A stretch of 64,000 nt of DNA, from assembly GCF_964204645.1 (NCBI RefSeq), contig NC_134025.1:25462299-25526298 (forward strand), in the 5' to 3' direction. This document shows positions 11,498 to 23,553 of the stretch, one piece after another (the stretch's first letter is position 1; each line of letters opens with the position of its first letter). The DNA is from Tubulanus polymorphus (lineage: Eukaryota > Animalia > Nemertea). A program made the position numbers and the translations under genes. The notes beneath the pieces were generated by a model. That model saw only the letters and a list, made by a program, of their open reading frames with translations, was not told where the DNA came from and did not search any database.

Positions 11498-12059
11498 TCA
11501 CCATTGTTTCAGATAATCACTCGACTGCAAGAAAAAACGAGAATTTGACACTTATATCAAATCAAGCAAGTGCAGAGTTAGTTTCATCTGAATCTTTAGG
11601 TCCAAAAGTTAGAAAAAAGTCTTACATTGAATCTTTGTGGTATTTTGGCAGAGTAATCTTGGAGTTGTGCGGATTCTTTTCGCCTTTGTCTGAAATGAAG
11701 AATCAATTCACGATTCAGCATAAATGTTCACCATGGTTTACCAGTATGTAAAGGACGAACGAAGGTTGACTTACTGATCAACATTATTTGGGTGACTCGG
11801 TCCGAAAGATCTAGGTCTGTTGCTGTTCAAAATGGCATCAATTTGCATAGATTGTTCTCTTTCCTTCATTGCTTTCTGTTCAAATATGCACAAATTTTAC
11901 AGAGTAAAGAATAAACCACAACATGTAGGTACATCTTATCAATGAGTGACACCAGTTACATCCAAAACTCACCTCCATCTGTTTTTGATAATGGGCCTTT
12001 CTCAGCAAAAATGTTTCTTTCCTTCTCGCCATGTTATGTTCGTTTATTCCAGATGCCAT
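11498..12059 (-). CDS. Unidentified 92-aa protein (4 coding exons), absent from the ORF track
   Basis: Exons 11973-12059, 11775-11875, 11626-11689 and 11498-11524 have canonical GT(A/G)AG donors and CAG acceptors and stay in frame: MASGINEHNMARRKETFLLRKAHYQKQMEKAMKEREQSMQIDAILNSNRPRSFGPSHPNNVDQQRRKESAQLQDYSAKIPQRFNSSDYLKQW*. A likely 5' UTR exon has its donor near 12328. Confidence 0.75.
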
Positions 12060-12354
12060 TTTGGGAGGTTTTGATTAAAAGTTGTCACAAACAGGCTGAC
12101 GGATTAAGTGAAAGACAGTTAAAGACACATTATTGCATTGTGTGTCTTAGAAAGATTCATTCATTTTTGTTGGTTTAATTTTGCAAATGAAGCAATATGA
12201 TAATATATTTTTCCACGTAAAAGCGTTTCATAAGTAAATTTAGGGCTACATTGATTATATTCCAAGGATAAGTTACGTTAATTAAGCATGATAATCGTAA
12301 TAAACACTCCCATATACTGTATACTTACGGTAATAAAACTTCACAAATAAAACC

Positions 12355-12407
12355 AACGCGGAAGTAAAACGAACCCGGAAGTTTACGCGTTCGTGTATCT
12401 AGGCAAC
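12355..12407 (-). promoter_or_regulatory. Putative promoter of the 92-aa gene: two ETS-type CGGAAGT sites and an RFX X-box-like motif
   Basis: CGGAAGT occurs twice and GTTGCCTAGATAC (minus strand, 12395-12407) lies just upstream of a short exon ending in GTAAGT. Confidence 0.5.
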
Positions 12408-12592
12408 AAATCCGCGTGAGAGCATACAAGAGGTTCGAACCCCAATTTAAGATAAACCGACATGAAAACTAATGAATCGACACAAATGATTTTGGAGGGT
12501 ATAAAAAAGTGACATATCATGTATATCATAACGAAAGTTTATTGACTATGAAAGCAGCTGGAAAGGTAGTATTTTGGAGAAAATATGACATT

Positions 12593-13290
12593 TTATTCAA
12601 TCCCTTCCCTAGGCCATTTAAACATTTTCAGCAAACCCGTTCTAGTAGCTCGTCTTGTTTGGCCCCATTTGTTAAAATTTTTCGGGGGACAAGTCGATTT
12701 CCAGCCTATCTCTTGCGCTGTAGTTTGCGGGAAACGAGTGACATTTCGCTGATTTATTGGGGGTAGTTTCAGCGGAATCGTTGACGTGCATTTCTGTCCA
12801 GAAGACGGTCGTGGAGTTGGTGGCTTTCCTTGTAGTATTCTGTTCATCTAGAATTAACGATTGTGTAAGCAGGGCCGTACCTACCCGAAATTTTGGAAGA
12901 GTGGCCTGTTTGCAAATATTATACCCAATTGCCCTTTTTCGGCCCCCCCCTAAAAAAACAACTTTAAATAGGCTAGGTACGGCCCTGGTTATGACAGAAA
13001 CAAAACAATTTCGGTAGAATAATGATAAATTCTTGAAGAGAAACCTACCTTACGATATTCTTCCGTTAGAAATCCCCATTTTTCTGGCCACTTTTTTATT
13101 TGAGACTGCATTTCAGTTTGAACATGATCTTTCCTACGAATAATTTTTTTTGAGAAACTGTGAAATTCTAATATAACGAGTTTTAGAATTGGCAAAAGGT
13201 TTCCCGTCCTAAAAAATGACTAACGAACAGAAGTAGCATTAACGTTTACCAGATTTCATCATTGTGCACAAAATTCAGATGTTTCCCCAT
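12593..13290 (-). CDS. CIMIP1: Ciliary microtubule inner protein 1 (C20orf85/LLC1)-like
   Basis: Exons 13250-13290, 13049-13133 and 12593-12847 give MGKHLNFVHNDEIWKDHV..E....KKWPEKWGFL...FPQTTAQEIGWKS...GLLKMFKWPREGIE, matching the family pattern NFV..DEIWK / W...WGFL / P.TT...IGW.S / KWP.EG. Confidence 0.8.
12870..12987. mobile_element. Intronic MITE
   Basis: Perfect 14-bp inverted ends CAGGGCCGTACCTA ... TAGGTACGGCCCTG. Confidence 0.7.
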
Positions 13291-13342
13291 TTTCGACGCT
13301 CCTCACACAGCATTATCCCCCAGGAAACCGCTCAACATGTCT

Positions 13343-13356
13343 GTTACTAAGGTTAC
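13343..13356 (-). promoter_or_regulatory. RFX X-box upstream of the CIMIP1-like gene
   Basis: GTAACCTTAGTAAC (minus strand) fits GTNRCC-N(0-3)-RGYAAC and lies 53 bp upstream of the ATG. Confidence 0.55.
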
Positions 13357-16160
13357 TGGGGTACATACTACGTTTTCATGCGGTCAGAATAGTCTGATTT
13401 TTACTGAAGATTCAAAATTTTTTCCAAAAATGAGTTTTCATTAATAAGGGATACCAGTACAGAATAACACATTCCCAAGATTACCACATATTATTCAAAT
13501 GAAAAAATATATATTAGGTTTTAATGATAGATTGTACGTTTATATCTGGGAGTGGCTTATATGCGCATATAATATTGCATAATCGGCCACATATTGGAAT
13601 AATAGCGATAATACATTGCTGTAATATGAAATTATCAGAGGAGGTCCAGGTATCCCAGTCGTCATGGAAACAGCTCAGTCGGGGTCAAGATTCGACTTCA
13701 ATCTTGGCATAAACATTATCACAGTTATATCCTTTATTCCTTTATAGGTAATTTGGCAACGTTTGTGTTTGTGTCAGATATTGAGTTTTGTGTAACATTG
13801 TTGTTATTCGCAACATTTGAGCATCCTTATTAGCATAAAATTGATATTATGCTATTGAAAAGAGAACGTGACTCTACGATGAATAAGATTTTTAGGTTTT
13901 TTGTATGGTGATTTATCGGTGAACATATACATATGATTTGAAAAATTCTGGGTATATCAGCTTACAACAGCCTTTCACGCCTAAGCTTGTTATTGTAACG
14001 ATATTATCTAATATTTTTATTTTCTTCATTCATCACGCGATGGTGACAATGTTTTTCACAAGTTTCTTTTCATCTATACGTCAAAACCGCGGTGGATTTG
14101 TTGAAAGGGATTTTTTACTCATTCAGTTTAGTCGGTCGTACATTTCGGAAACACATCTGTCGTTGAAATACACGTTAAAATGAGATATCCAGAAATTGAA
14201 CAAAACTTGAATGTAGTTGTAGGCCCTATTTTGAAATGATTGATGATCGTTCTTATGTAAAGAATTCCTTTAGATATGGCAACCGTTTTGGTCGTAGGCC
14301 TACTTACGTTAAGAAATTCTCGGAATTTTCAATATAGATTTTCTTTGATGTATGTAATTCTTTTTCCATGGTTCCAAAACAGTTGAAGTGACACCTTTTC
14401 TCCCATGTTTATGTTTATAACACTTTCTCGGGCTCAAATGATCAATCATTCTAATTAGTGAATGTGATATATATGTCGGCGGATTTTCGGTTGGTAGGGC
14501 ATGTTCTACCATAAACTGGTTCGTAACTCTAAAAACCTTTCTTAGCCAGTCGTTATTTTTAGGGTCAGTCAGTTGAATTGAATAATATTTATATTATTAA
14601 CGCTGAATTCGGATGCATAATCGATCATTTGCGAATGAAAAAGATTTCATACGATTATAACAAATGACCTTAGGTTATTCGACAGCGAAAATATCTTACA
14701 ATTGTTGTGACAAATTTGATCAGTTTTGCTTTACAACCATGCGCGGGTTCTCAAATGAGTCGGTTTGACAGGGTTTGGGAAAGTTGGTTTCGGAAGCAAT
14801 TTCCTCCAAGATCAGCGATTGATGCGATTTTGGAAATTAATTATTTTTCTCTTTTTAACGATTTATAACTACGGTTAATTTTCCCGCACGTGCCTAAATT
14901 AATTCTAAAACAAGCAACCAATATTGACAAACTAAAAAGTCAATGACTCAAATTGAAACGTTGATATAAGAAAAGTTTAATTTACTATGCTACTACTATA
15001 ACTACATACATTATAAGAAAGCCAAATCTTATTTGCCAAATCGTCTTATAACGAAACTATTTCTAATGACATGTCTGTTGGTTAGGACACCCGGCGACCA
15101 AGCATTTACACGTATATTTCTATTAGGGAAAGGTTATTGTGAACTTTATAAATAGATGGGGCGAATAATTATGTACTATTATATGCTTTTGTAAAATGTG
15201 GCCTTATCCTGGGGGCTTAGTTGATTGACTAAAGTAAAGCAGTGGGATATGTACTGAGTGCCTATTGCTATTGAACGCCCGAGCAGGTATAAATGACACT
15301 CAACGGGTGTTCCGAGGTCTGCCTCCATCATTAAAATTATTTGACAGTTTCGTGCTTTCACGCTTGTCACAAAGCAGTGGGAGAAACACGAAATTTCTAA
15401 GCCCCAAGAAACAATAGTTTTAATGAAGACTGACTTAGGGTTGTCGTGCGTTCTGAGACGTTGATTGACCCCCTGGAATTTACTATATTCTATCATGTAG
15501 CGAGCGTGGTTTTTATTTTTTGTAATTGTTCGTAAAATATAGATTATAATCCAGGGAAAGGTGGCAATAACCCACCAGTTCGCTTCTTTAAAATGGCTAT
15601 TTGCGATTGTTCTGTTAAAAAATATTCTAGCATGTGGTATTAGGTATTAAGTTGTTGAAAATATGTGTGAAACTAAATTTTTTATTCCGACCAGACACTT
15701 GCTGTTTATACCACTTATTTTTTATGTCAGTAACTTGTTATGTCTGAGAAAGACGTGTTTTCAAAATATTATTCCAAGGAACGATTACAATTAATGAATA
15801 ATATTCTGTATCAATAATTACATTGTATATAAACTCTTTCATCTTTTCTGATCATTTTTCGTGTTCCACATGTACGTGTGCATTTTTGAAGCCAGAAATC
15901 ATATTTTTCTCAAAGAATTTAGCGGACTGTTTAGCTGCATGAGGGTGATTTTGACATGATACCTTACTTTCAAACATCTGAATAAACTGGTAATCTTTTT
16001 TCGTCCAATCCTCCTTTTTCCACTCGTGAAAAAAATATTGATGTTCAATGCCTATTCCCAATTCGATATATACCTTACAACACATGTTCAATACGTTAAA
16101 AATAAGAACTAACTCTGAGACTATTTCAAATAAATCAACAGTTTAATTAATAAATTATTA

Positions 16161-17438
16161 CTATAAGGAACCGCCATACATTTGTTGACATTTTTGTATA
16201 TGTCTCCACACATTACGTAGTCTTTCTCGGAGTATCTTACCATTCTTCGATGGTATTTGCGGCACAAGATTTGCAGAAATTTCGGGTTCTGTTCGTTTAA
16301 ATAATTGCCACACAGCTTCGCTTATTCTGCCATTTTCGGCAAATTCTTTAATCCGTTTTGACGTCCGTTTTCTAAATATGCACAGTGATTTCAATAACTG
16401 TTCGTGATAGGGCGAATATTTTTCTAACAGACGATAACTATGAAACAATCCAGACTCGTTGTCTATGAATACTAGAAGTCCACTATCTCGCGTTTTCTCC
16501 AAATTATGAACAGGTTTTTCCATGATATTACTGTTCCACTGTTTATTAAAAACGTTATTTATCACGCGATCTATATTTGCGGTCAAATAATCAAAAATGA
16601 TTAAATCCGACCATTGCACTAGTTCAGTAAGATCGCTTAGAGTTTTGTTATAAATACTGATTTCATTCGGATTCAGCTGATTTTGATTGTCTCGAAAATA
16701 AACTGGTATATAAGCAGGGACTAGATCGTTTATCCATTGCGTTAAAACTAAAGGTTTTTCGTCGCTCCATTGCGAGGAAGCGATTTCCGTGCTTACCGAT
16801 TTCCACAATTTATTGCGCACATTTATTTTGTGGGTTGTCGATGCGGGAACGTTTTCCAAATTTAGCAACCGTGCCAAATAATAGGAGAATATTTCGCCCT
16901 GTATTTGGTCAATGTTTATTCGGTATCTCGCACAAGCTTTCGACGCATCTTCGAACACCAAACGCCGGTTTTGCATTCGACCGCAACCTTCTGATAATTC
17001 CACGACTCGCGTACTTTGTAAATGATTGTTCCACGAAATCTGGTGATTTTTCGTGAATCCGCGAGGAACGAATTTCTCAAGTTCATCGCTCCAAAAACAC
17101 CCTTGAACTAGACTGCCTTGTATGTCTTTCATACGATGCTGCGGAGCCCCATTCAATCCGAACAAGTCCTTTTTGTGGATCATTTTCTTACCGACAAAAA
17201 CCGTGCTCTGAATAGAAGGCCCTTCTTGTTCGGTGTCTAATTCTGCGGGCGCTTCTGTGTTGGAACTATCCTCTAGAACTGCTCGCTGTGAACGATAAAG
17301 TTCGCCGAATTTCGGGTTTGTCGAAGAATCCATTTGATTTAAATGAAACGACACGCCAGGTAAATGAATCATCATTCCCAGTAATGTTCCGAGAAAGAAA
17401 CACAATCCCATCGTTAAAAGTACTCGATAGTTCAACAT
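16161..17438 (-). CDS. FJX1: Four-jointed Golgi kinase (FJX1), single coding exon
   Basis: N-terminal TM helix, then GCFWS.ELE...P.GF, GCGRMQNR, ACARY..N.DQIQGE, WSDLIIFDYLTAN.DR, HNL, FIDNESG, C.FR. First ATG in frame is at 17438; the ORF track start at 17555 is a GTG. Confidence 0.93.
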   Translation of the reverse strand: MLNYRVLLTMGLCFFLGTLLGMMIHLPGVSFHLNQMDSSTNPKFGELYRSQRAVLEDSSNTEAPAELDTEQEGPSIQSTVFVGKKMIHKKDLFGLNGAPQHRMKDIQGSLVQGCFWSDELEKFVPRGFTKNHQISWNNHLQSTRVVELSEGCGRMQNRRLVFEDASKACARYRINIDQIQGEIFSYYLARLLNLENVPASTTHKINVRNKLWKSVSTEIASSQWSDEKPLVLTQWINDLVPAYIPVYFRDNQNQLNPNEISIYNKTLSDLTELVQWSDLIIFDYLTANIDRVINNVFNKQWNSNIMEKPVHNLEKTRDSGLLVFIDNESGLFHSYRLLEKYSPYHEQLLKSLCIFRKRTSKRIKEFAENGRISEAVWQLFKRTEPEISANLVPQIPSKNGKILRERLRNVWRHIQKCQQMYGGSL

Positions 17439-19629
17439 TTTCAAGTATTGAAATGCAAAACGCTTGTTAAATGCTACGATGTTTCCCTTTTCCCGATTAC
17501 TTGCAGATTTTTCGAACGACCAAAACACATCAGGACGCCATGATTTTCCGCGCACGTATACTCGAAAGTCGTCGGTAGATTATGCGAATTATTAGTGTCG
17601 AATAAGTAACAAAATTCTTACTTTTATTTGCGAGCTGTCAATCTCGGACGTCTTTTCATGATCATTACCCAAGCTTGGTATTCAAGTCTCTTGTCAGCAA
17701 TTTCACAGTTAAAACCAAACTCGTTATAATGGCGGCTCGAGGATTACCCATGCAGAATGGAAGTACATGAATCAATGCCAGTGTCGACGTTATAAATAAA
17801 TAGTTTTCTGCATTATCGTGGCTATTGTACGAAACGTCATCCGCAATTTGTTCCCCCATTGGCTAGTTTGGTCCCGCTGTGTCATCATTGCAAACATTAT
17901 ACAAATGTGGTGCTAATTAGGGGCGTGACTACGGTTTGGTTTGTTATGGCATTTTGACAAGCGTTTATTTATGACATTTTTGTAATTAGGCTGACAGGAC
18001 ATTATCAGAAACATTATAACTGATCAAAATTCGACAGAAGTGGGTCGTTCGCGAACATTGTTGATATTAATTATATAATCGGCTTATGAACGCCTCGGAG
18101 GAATTTGAGAGCATTTTTACACTATAAGGGATTGATTTGCGCTAAATAACGGATTATTGAAATGATAATCGTCGAAGTTGTGTTCGATATCGTAAGAATT
18201 AATCACGCGTCACTTCATCAGTGGTATTAACGTATATCTGAGGATAACTTCATAATTCGCTCTTAATTCTTATTCGGGAAGATAAAAATCTCCTCTGTTC
18301 GACTCTACATGTTTGTTGGTTAAGTAATCATTGAGGTGAAAATTGATTTACTTCGTATGCCTTAATCATTAGAGTCCCCGAACGAAATCTACCTATCAAT
18401 TAAATAACAGAGACAATCCTTATTTTAAGATAAAAAATCATTATAGTCAAATTTTAACCATGGACTCCACGTTTTAGAATCTGAGAAATCGAATCCAGTC
18501 TAAATGTATGAAAATAATATTAGAGATGCCTATAATACACAGAACGTAGACTGAAAACAATCTTTGAGAAGCATTTTCTGATTAAATAAAAGTTATCTTC
18601 ACCGTTTGAATGTCGTAAATCTTTCGAATACCAAAAGGATTATTTCGACGATAGACAATTTTCACGAACCGTAAACGAATGATTGTTTTCAGGGGACAGA
18701 CGGCAGCACGACGGGGTGTGGGACTCCGCTCCTTGCCCTCCTACATGATTAATTGAATTGTCTTTCTGCACCCATTTAACCACATAGTCATTCGAATCAA
18801 GACAGACAGACATATATAGCTCGAAATATGTACGAATGTCCGGTGTAGATATTACATGGCAATAAAAATATTCAGGTCCAAGAAAATCATTGTTCAATAC
18901 TCTCCCTAGATTTAATTACCATATACACACGTAATCTAATTGTTGATCAATTTTGTGGGTTTCATTTCTATGAAAAATCAAGTCTTTCTCCGATTGCGTT
19001 ATGCAATTTTGACAACTTGCTTTACAAACTTATATATTTAGTTTGCACTCCGAATACTGTAATTCCTAAAAAACATTTCCTAGATTGTCATATCTTAAGA
19101 TACCGAAAACGATGTCTAGATAATTTGATCTTTTCTAACAACGGCACATTTCGGTACAATTTCATTCCATTTTATAGATATTATCTGTGCTCATCATTCT
19201 TCCAACTGAAATTCAGGTTACAACCCGGAACTTGGGCAACAATTGTGATAATGATAATTCGGAATTATATATAATTAGCATTGATTAATTGGCGTTTTGG
19301 CGTGTTCGTACCTATAACGTCAAATCAAGTGACCTGTTGACCGTTGGTGCCAAGACCTGCTAATTAAGGTTAAGTAGGGGCCCTTGCTTTCGCGATCCTT
19401 CATCAGTCGATTGGCTGGTCACTTGAGGCTCCTGTTGCTACTTCATCATACTTCTTCGTGATCAGAGAATAATTGATAAATCAAAAAGTTATAAAATTTT
19501 ATGTGATGATTATGAACTCAAAAACGGACGTGTATCCCGGATTTCATTTTGTTTTTCTATTCGATCCTCTGAACATATTGCAATCTGTATTTTCCCCAGG
19601 TTAAAAATCCCATCTTATAGCTTTGATTC

Positions 19630-20115
19630 AAAGTGATTCCTCTGATAAATAGGGTGTCCCAAGTTCGAACCCGGTCCATTGTAACTCTTTCTGAGGCCTG
19701 GCCGAATACGGGATAAACATAAATGTCCCAACCGGTCCGAGCTCGGTTTGTTGTTTCTAAATTCTGGGGTCCTGGATGCTGAATGATAGGAGTCCCAGGT
19801 TTGAACTCGGATTGTTTACTGATTCTGAGGGGTCTTGATGCTGAATCATAGCGGTCCCAGCCGATATTGATGCTACATACAGGACTGCGAACAAGGATCG
19901 AAAAGTATATCGCTTATCGCGCCATTGGAATTTTGCTGAACTATTTAATTTCTGGTTTATACTTTTAGAAATTTTAGAATGTGGGGCCTACTATATTTCA
20001 ATACGCCATCTACCGGAATAGGATAAACATGGGTATCCCAGGTTTGAACCAGGTTTATTGCCACTGATTCAGTGATCTGGAGAATAGAGATCAGGGATGT
20101 ACCAGATTCGAACCT
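19630..20115. repeat. Highly degenerate tandem repeat with B-box-like core
   Basis: Recurring GTCCCAGGTT(C/T)GAAC(C/T)(C/A)GG...ATTCTG...GATGCTGAAT units of roughly 60-70 bp. Confidence 0.5.
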
Positions 20116-20169
20116 GCCACAAATTAGTTCTTGTATTGGAGCCCATGTATTATTTTGACCCCCACCCCT

Positions 20170-21204
20170 TCATACCAGCTTTCCTAAACGACGACAACTC
20201 AAAAACCAAACCAGCGTTTTTCCAAAACCTCTTCGAATTCCCAAATATACGAATAGATTCATCATCGAATTGACAGCGTTAAATAACTGGCCCGAATGAT
20301 ACGGGCGAAATGTCACTCCGTTAGGTAAAATCGCCGGCAGAACTGTGTTTGTTAAAGACATCCCGTAATCAACCATAAATATTACATTTAAAGCTAATAT
20401 GGTCAGAGTAATTTGTTGTCCTTGTTTACTATTGGTCGAATCTTCATCATTGACGTCGATTTGTTGAAGTTTCCGTCGCAGGCGAGCCGCAGCCCGAACC
20501 AACATAGCCATGTGAATATTACAACATAAAACAATCAAACCCGGTATAAACCTCAACACAACTCTACCGAATAAAAAATCATAATAAAACGCATACTGTT
20601 TATTGAGAAGCAGGAAATTTCTCTGTACAACATGCTCACAAGGCTGACCGGGTTTCTTAACGAATGTTTCTTCATCCCAAATTGTCGGTAAATCGAAAAT
20701 GAAAGTTAGAATCCAAATCGCAGCAGAAATACGAAATGCATTTCGAATCGTGCAGATATTCTTGGCGTACAGTGGGAATCTTATAGCTACATAGCGGTCT
20801 AAACTTAGGGCAAACAGTAACCACGGACTTGTAGTCGTGGTCATCTGAAAGATGGCGTCTACGTGAAGAAACATGTAACGATAATACTCTTGAAAAATAC
20901 GATTAAAGCGAATAAACCCGAACGGGTATTCTAGGGACAGTACTACCAATTCGCGCCCGAACAACCCGGTAAGACAGCTGACAGTATCAGCTACAGCGAG
21001 CATCTCCAAATATAGAATACTGCTACCTTTTAGCTTCATCAGTCGTAGCACAATGAACGCGAGGCAGTTAGAGACGAAACCGATTGTATAAAGAACAGCA
21101 CGCGTTATGGTCATTACGGCACCGTATGTGTAAAAACCCGAACCGTCACAGAATCGACCGCAACAAATCATCGCAGGGTCTGTTTCATTCACTATCAGTG
21201 ACAT
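20170..21204 (-). CDS. Orphan class A (rhodopsin-like) GPCR, peptide-receptor-like, intronless
   Basis: 344 aa with seven hydrophobic segments: G..SN (TM1), LAVAD (TM2), LDRY.AI.FPL (TM3), W (TM4), FIP (TM5), NSMMNLFVY (TM7). Confidence 0.88.
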   Translation of the reverse strand: MSLIVNETDPAMICCGRFCDGSGFYTYGAVMTITRAVLYTIGFVSNCLAFIVLRLMKLKGSSILYLEMLAVADTVSCLTGLFGRELVVLSLEYPFGFIRFNRIFQEYYRYMFLHVDAIFQMTTTTSPWLLFALSLDRYVAIRFPLYAKNICTIRNAFRISAAIWILTFIFDLPTIWDEETFVKKPGQPCEHVVQRNFLLLNKQYAFYYDFLFGRVVLRFIPGLIVLCCNIHMAMLVRAAARLRRKLQQIDVNDEDSTNSKQGQQITLTILALNVIFMVDYGMSLTNTVLPAILPNGVTFRPYHSGQLFNAVNSMMNLFVYLGIRRGFGKTLVWFLSCRRLGKLV

Positions 21205-21574
21205 TGTGTAAGTGAAAGTGGTTCTGTGGTCTCCTGTCTCCTACATGTCTCTTGTAACCATGTCTCTTGTAAAGCAGTTGCTCCACTGATGTGAGGCTCT
21301 GCAGTTACCCTCGCACTGACGTGAGACGTCACACTGATGTGACACTACGTCTCGTACACCTCTTTTTGCCAAATCTGTTTGCCATAGTTTTGAAACGTAT
21401 AATTTACCTTATGCGTAGCGAGTGAATGGTGCCGGATGATACAAACGCTTTAATCACAGTTTGCCGCAACAAAAGCAGCAATTTCTAAAGCGGTATATCT
21501 TGTATATAATATGCATATATACGGTATATTTTATATAAGGTATATTTTTCCGTTACAATGGAAGTTTATCTTTA

Positions 21575-22190
21575 TGTATAGATTCAATAGAAACCCATGC
21601 AAGAGCAGCCATGTTTTTCGTATTGAAAAAGGTTCAGGAATATTCACTAGGAATAGACCTAGCAATGCAACTCTTCGACAGTATGGTGGTTCCCGTCCTA
21701 ATTTTTGGCTGTGAAATCTGGGGTTTTCTAAATTTGAACCGGCTAGAGAGAGTCCAATTAACGTTTTTCAAGTACCTGTTAAAATTAAAAAGATCAACAT
21801 CAAGTTTTTTTGTTTACGGTGAACTAGGACGATTCCCTCTTTCAATTACCATTAAGAGCAGAATGCTTAATTTCGGGAGAAACCTGTTGAATACTAACAA
21901 ATTATTATCGTATGTGTATAAAACCCTGTACCGTCACTTTTTAACTGACAGAAACACTAGTAAATGGCTTGACTTCGTAAGAAATGTTCTAGAAACCAAT
22001 GGTTTGGGCGAAATATGGTATACACAGAATACCCCAAATTTAAATATTTTTGCTTCCACCGTACAGTAACAGATCAGTTTATCCAACTTTGGCACGAATC
22101 CCTAAACAACTCTAACACATCTATATATTATAAACATTTCAAAAGTGAATGGGGCTTTGAAGAATACCTCACCACATTACCATCGGACCT
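21575..22190 (+). mobile_element. Degenerate non-LTR retrotransposon fragment, C-terminal to the RT domain (RTE-X/CR1-like)
   Basis: QLFDSMVVPVLIFGCEIWG...LERVQL.F.KYLL...STS...VYGELGRFPL, continuing across a frameshift as DQFIQ.W...YYK.FK...FEEYL. Confidence 0.8.
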
Positions 22191-22192
22191 TC

Positions 22193-22330
22193 CGAAAGTT
22201 CGTTTTTGCTAGGACGCAAAAACGAATTTAATGACGCAAAAACGAACAATCATAGAGCAAAAACGAATATTTTCGTTTTTGCTCTATGGGATTTTTCGTT
22301 TTTGCGCGGTAGCAAAACGGAATTTGGACA
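22193..22330. repeat. Foldback-like repeat of GCAAAAACGAA in both orientations, truncating the LINE fragment
   Basis: GCAAAAACGAA three times and TTCGTTTTTGC three times within 140 bp. Confidence 0.65.
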
Positions 22331-22555
22331 GTCGATGAAGTTCCTGGGAGAGGGTTCACAAACGATAATTAGAGAAAAAATGAAGAAATTTAATCGGCAA
22401 ATTTTAGCAAGATTTGCATATGCCATGGGCGGTCCAGGAATCCCGTACCGTCAGCAGGTAAATGTGGCGGGCGTATGGTTAAGTTTGATAAGTGTTGATT
22501 ATCCATTCGGGGTGCCGGTCGGGCGAATCTTTTAAGATGTCTGCGTAAAATCCTG

Positions 22556-22713
22556 GGCCAAATTCGGTTTTCGTATCTATTCGACTAGTGGTCGGAACTA
22601 ATAACCGAATGCGCTTGATTTTCGAACTATTTCCGGAATATAGTTCCACTAACGGACATTCGGTTTCGTTTAGTTCGACTATAGTCGACTAACTCAGATA
22701 ACCGAAGGTGGCC
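22556..22713. mobile_element. Harbinger-like palindromic MITE with CTG TSD
   Basis: CTG|GGCCAAATTCGGTT ... AACCGAAGGTGGCC|CTG, with an internal near-palindrome. Confidence 0.75.
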
Positions 22714-23553
22714 CTGGCAGGTGAATACTTGTAAATTGTAGATGGCGCTTCGATCATCGTCCGTTATTTCCGGTTGTTTCTCGCTCATTGTAATCAATTT
22801 AATTGTCTTCTCGAATTCAAACGACTTTTTAGCTCGATTTAACCCACCTCAGGTAACTTTTATCTCACGTTTTAGGTAGATAGCAAGTTAACGATGCGTT
22901 TACTATCATTTAAAAAGCGTCGTTTCGCTTCATTATAGCATTTTTTCGTCCCCCAGATTCGTTCCGATTCGCCTTTCTCCATTCTCGGCCATGTTTACAC
23001 AAAACAGCTGATATTTTATTCAAATTGGTCGAATTTCGGAAGTGAATATTTTGCCTAAACTTCAGGCTAAACGTAATTATTCCTAAGGATACAATTTACT
23101 GAAAACAGCTGATAAAAAAATTTAAACTTACTACAAAATTGCAACTAAAATTAAAAAGTGCTACCGAGCCCAGCCCAGTATTTACTAATAAATTATAGCC
23201 TGTATAGGTAGCTGTATTAAATAATGAAATCTACAAAATTGAGGTCTGAGTATGGTTGATTAGGAAAGTTAGTCCCCGGGCCTGGTTAGGTTTGAATTTA
23301 AAGGCTAGATTTAAGGGCAAGGATTGTGTTGGGGCCTTAGATCAGTCATATCTTATTTTAGCTCTGGCGGTTAACTAGATCCAGAGGGATTTGAGGTGCA
23401 ATGTTTGGAATTTGTATCCTGGGTTTTTTTTACGCTTTTCTCTTGGATAATTCTCCGTTTTTTCAATATTTCGCGTTTTTATGCCGGAATTTTTTTTTTC
23501 AGTTGTGTCCAAACGCTCAAGAGTAAAGTACTCCATTTTGACGAGGAACCATC

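Noticed and set aside
13400-16100. Short ORFs between CIMIP1 and FJX1, and similar ones at 48-53 kb and 58-62 kb
   Set aside because: No recognisable motifs or consistent exon chains; compatible with UTR or intergenic sequence.
17439-17555. N-terminal extension of FJX1 in the ORF track
   Set aside because: It starts at a GTG; the first in-frame ATG at 17438 gives the expected short cytoplasmic tail plus TM helix.
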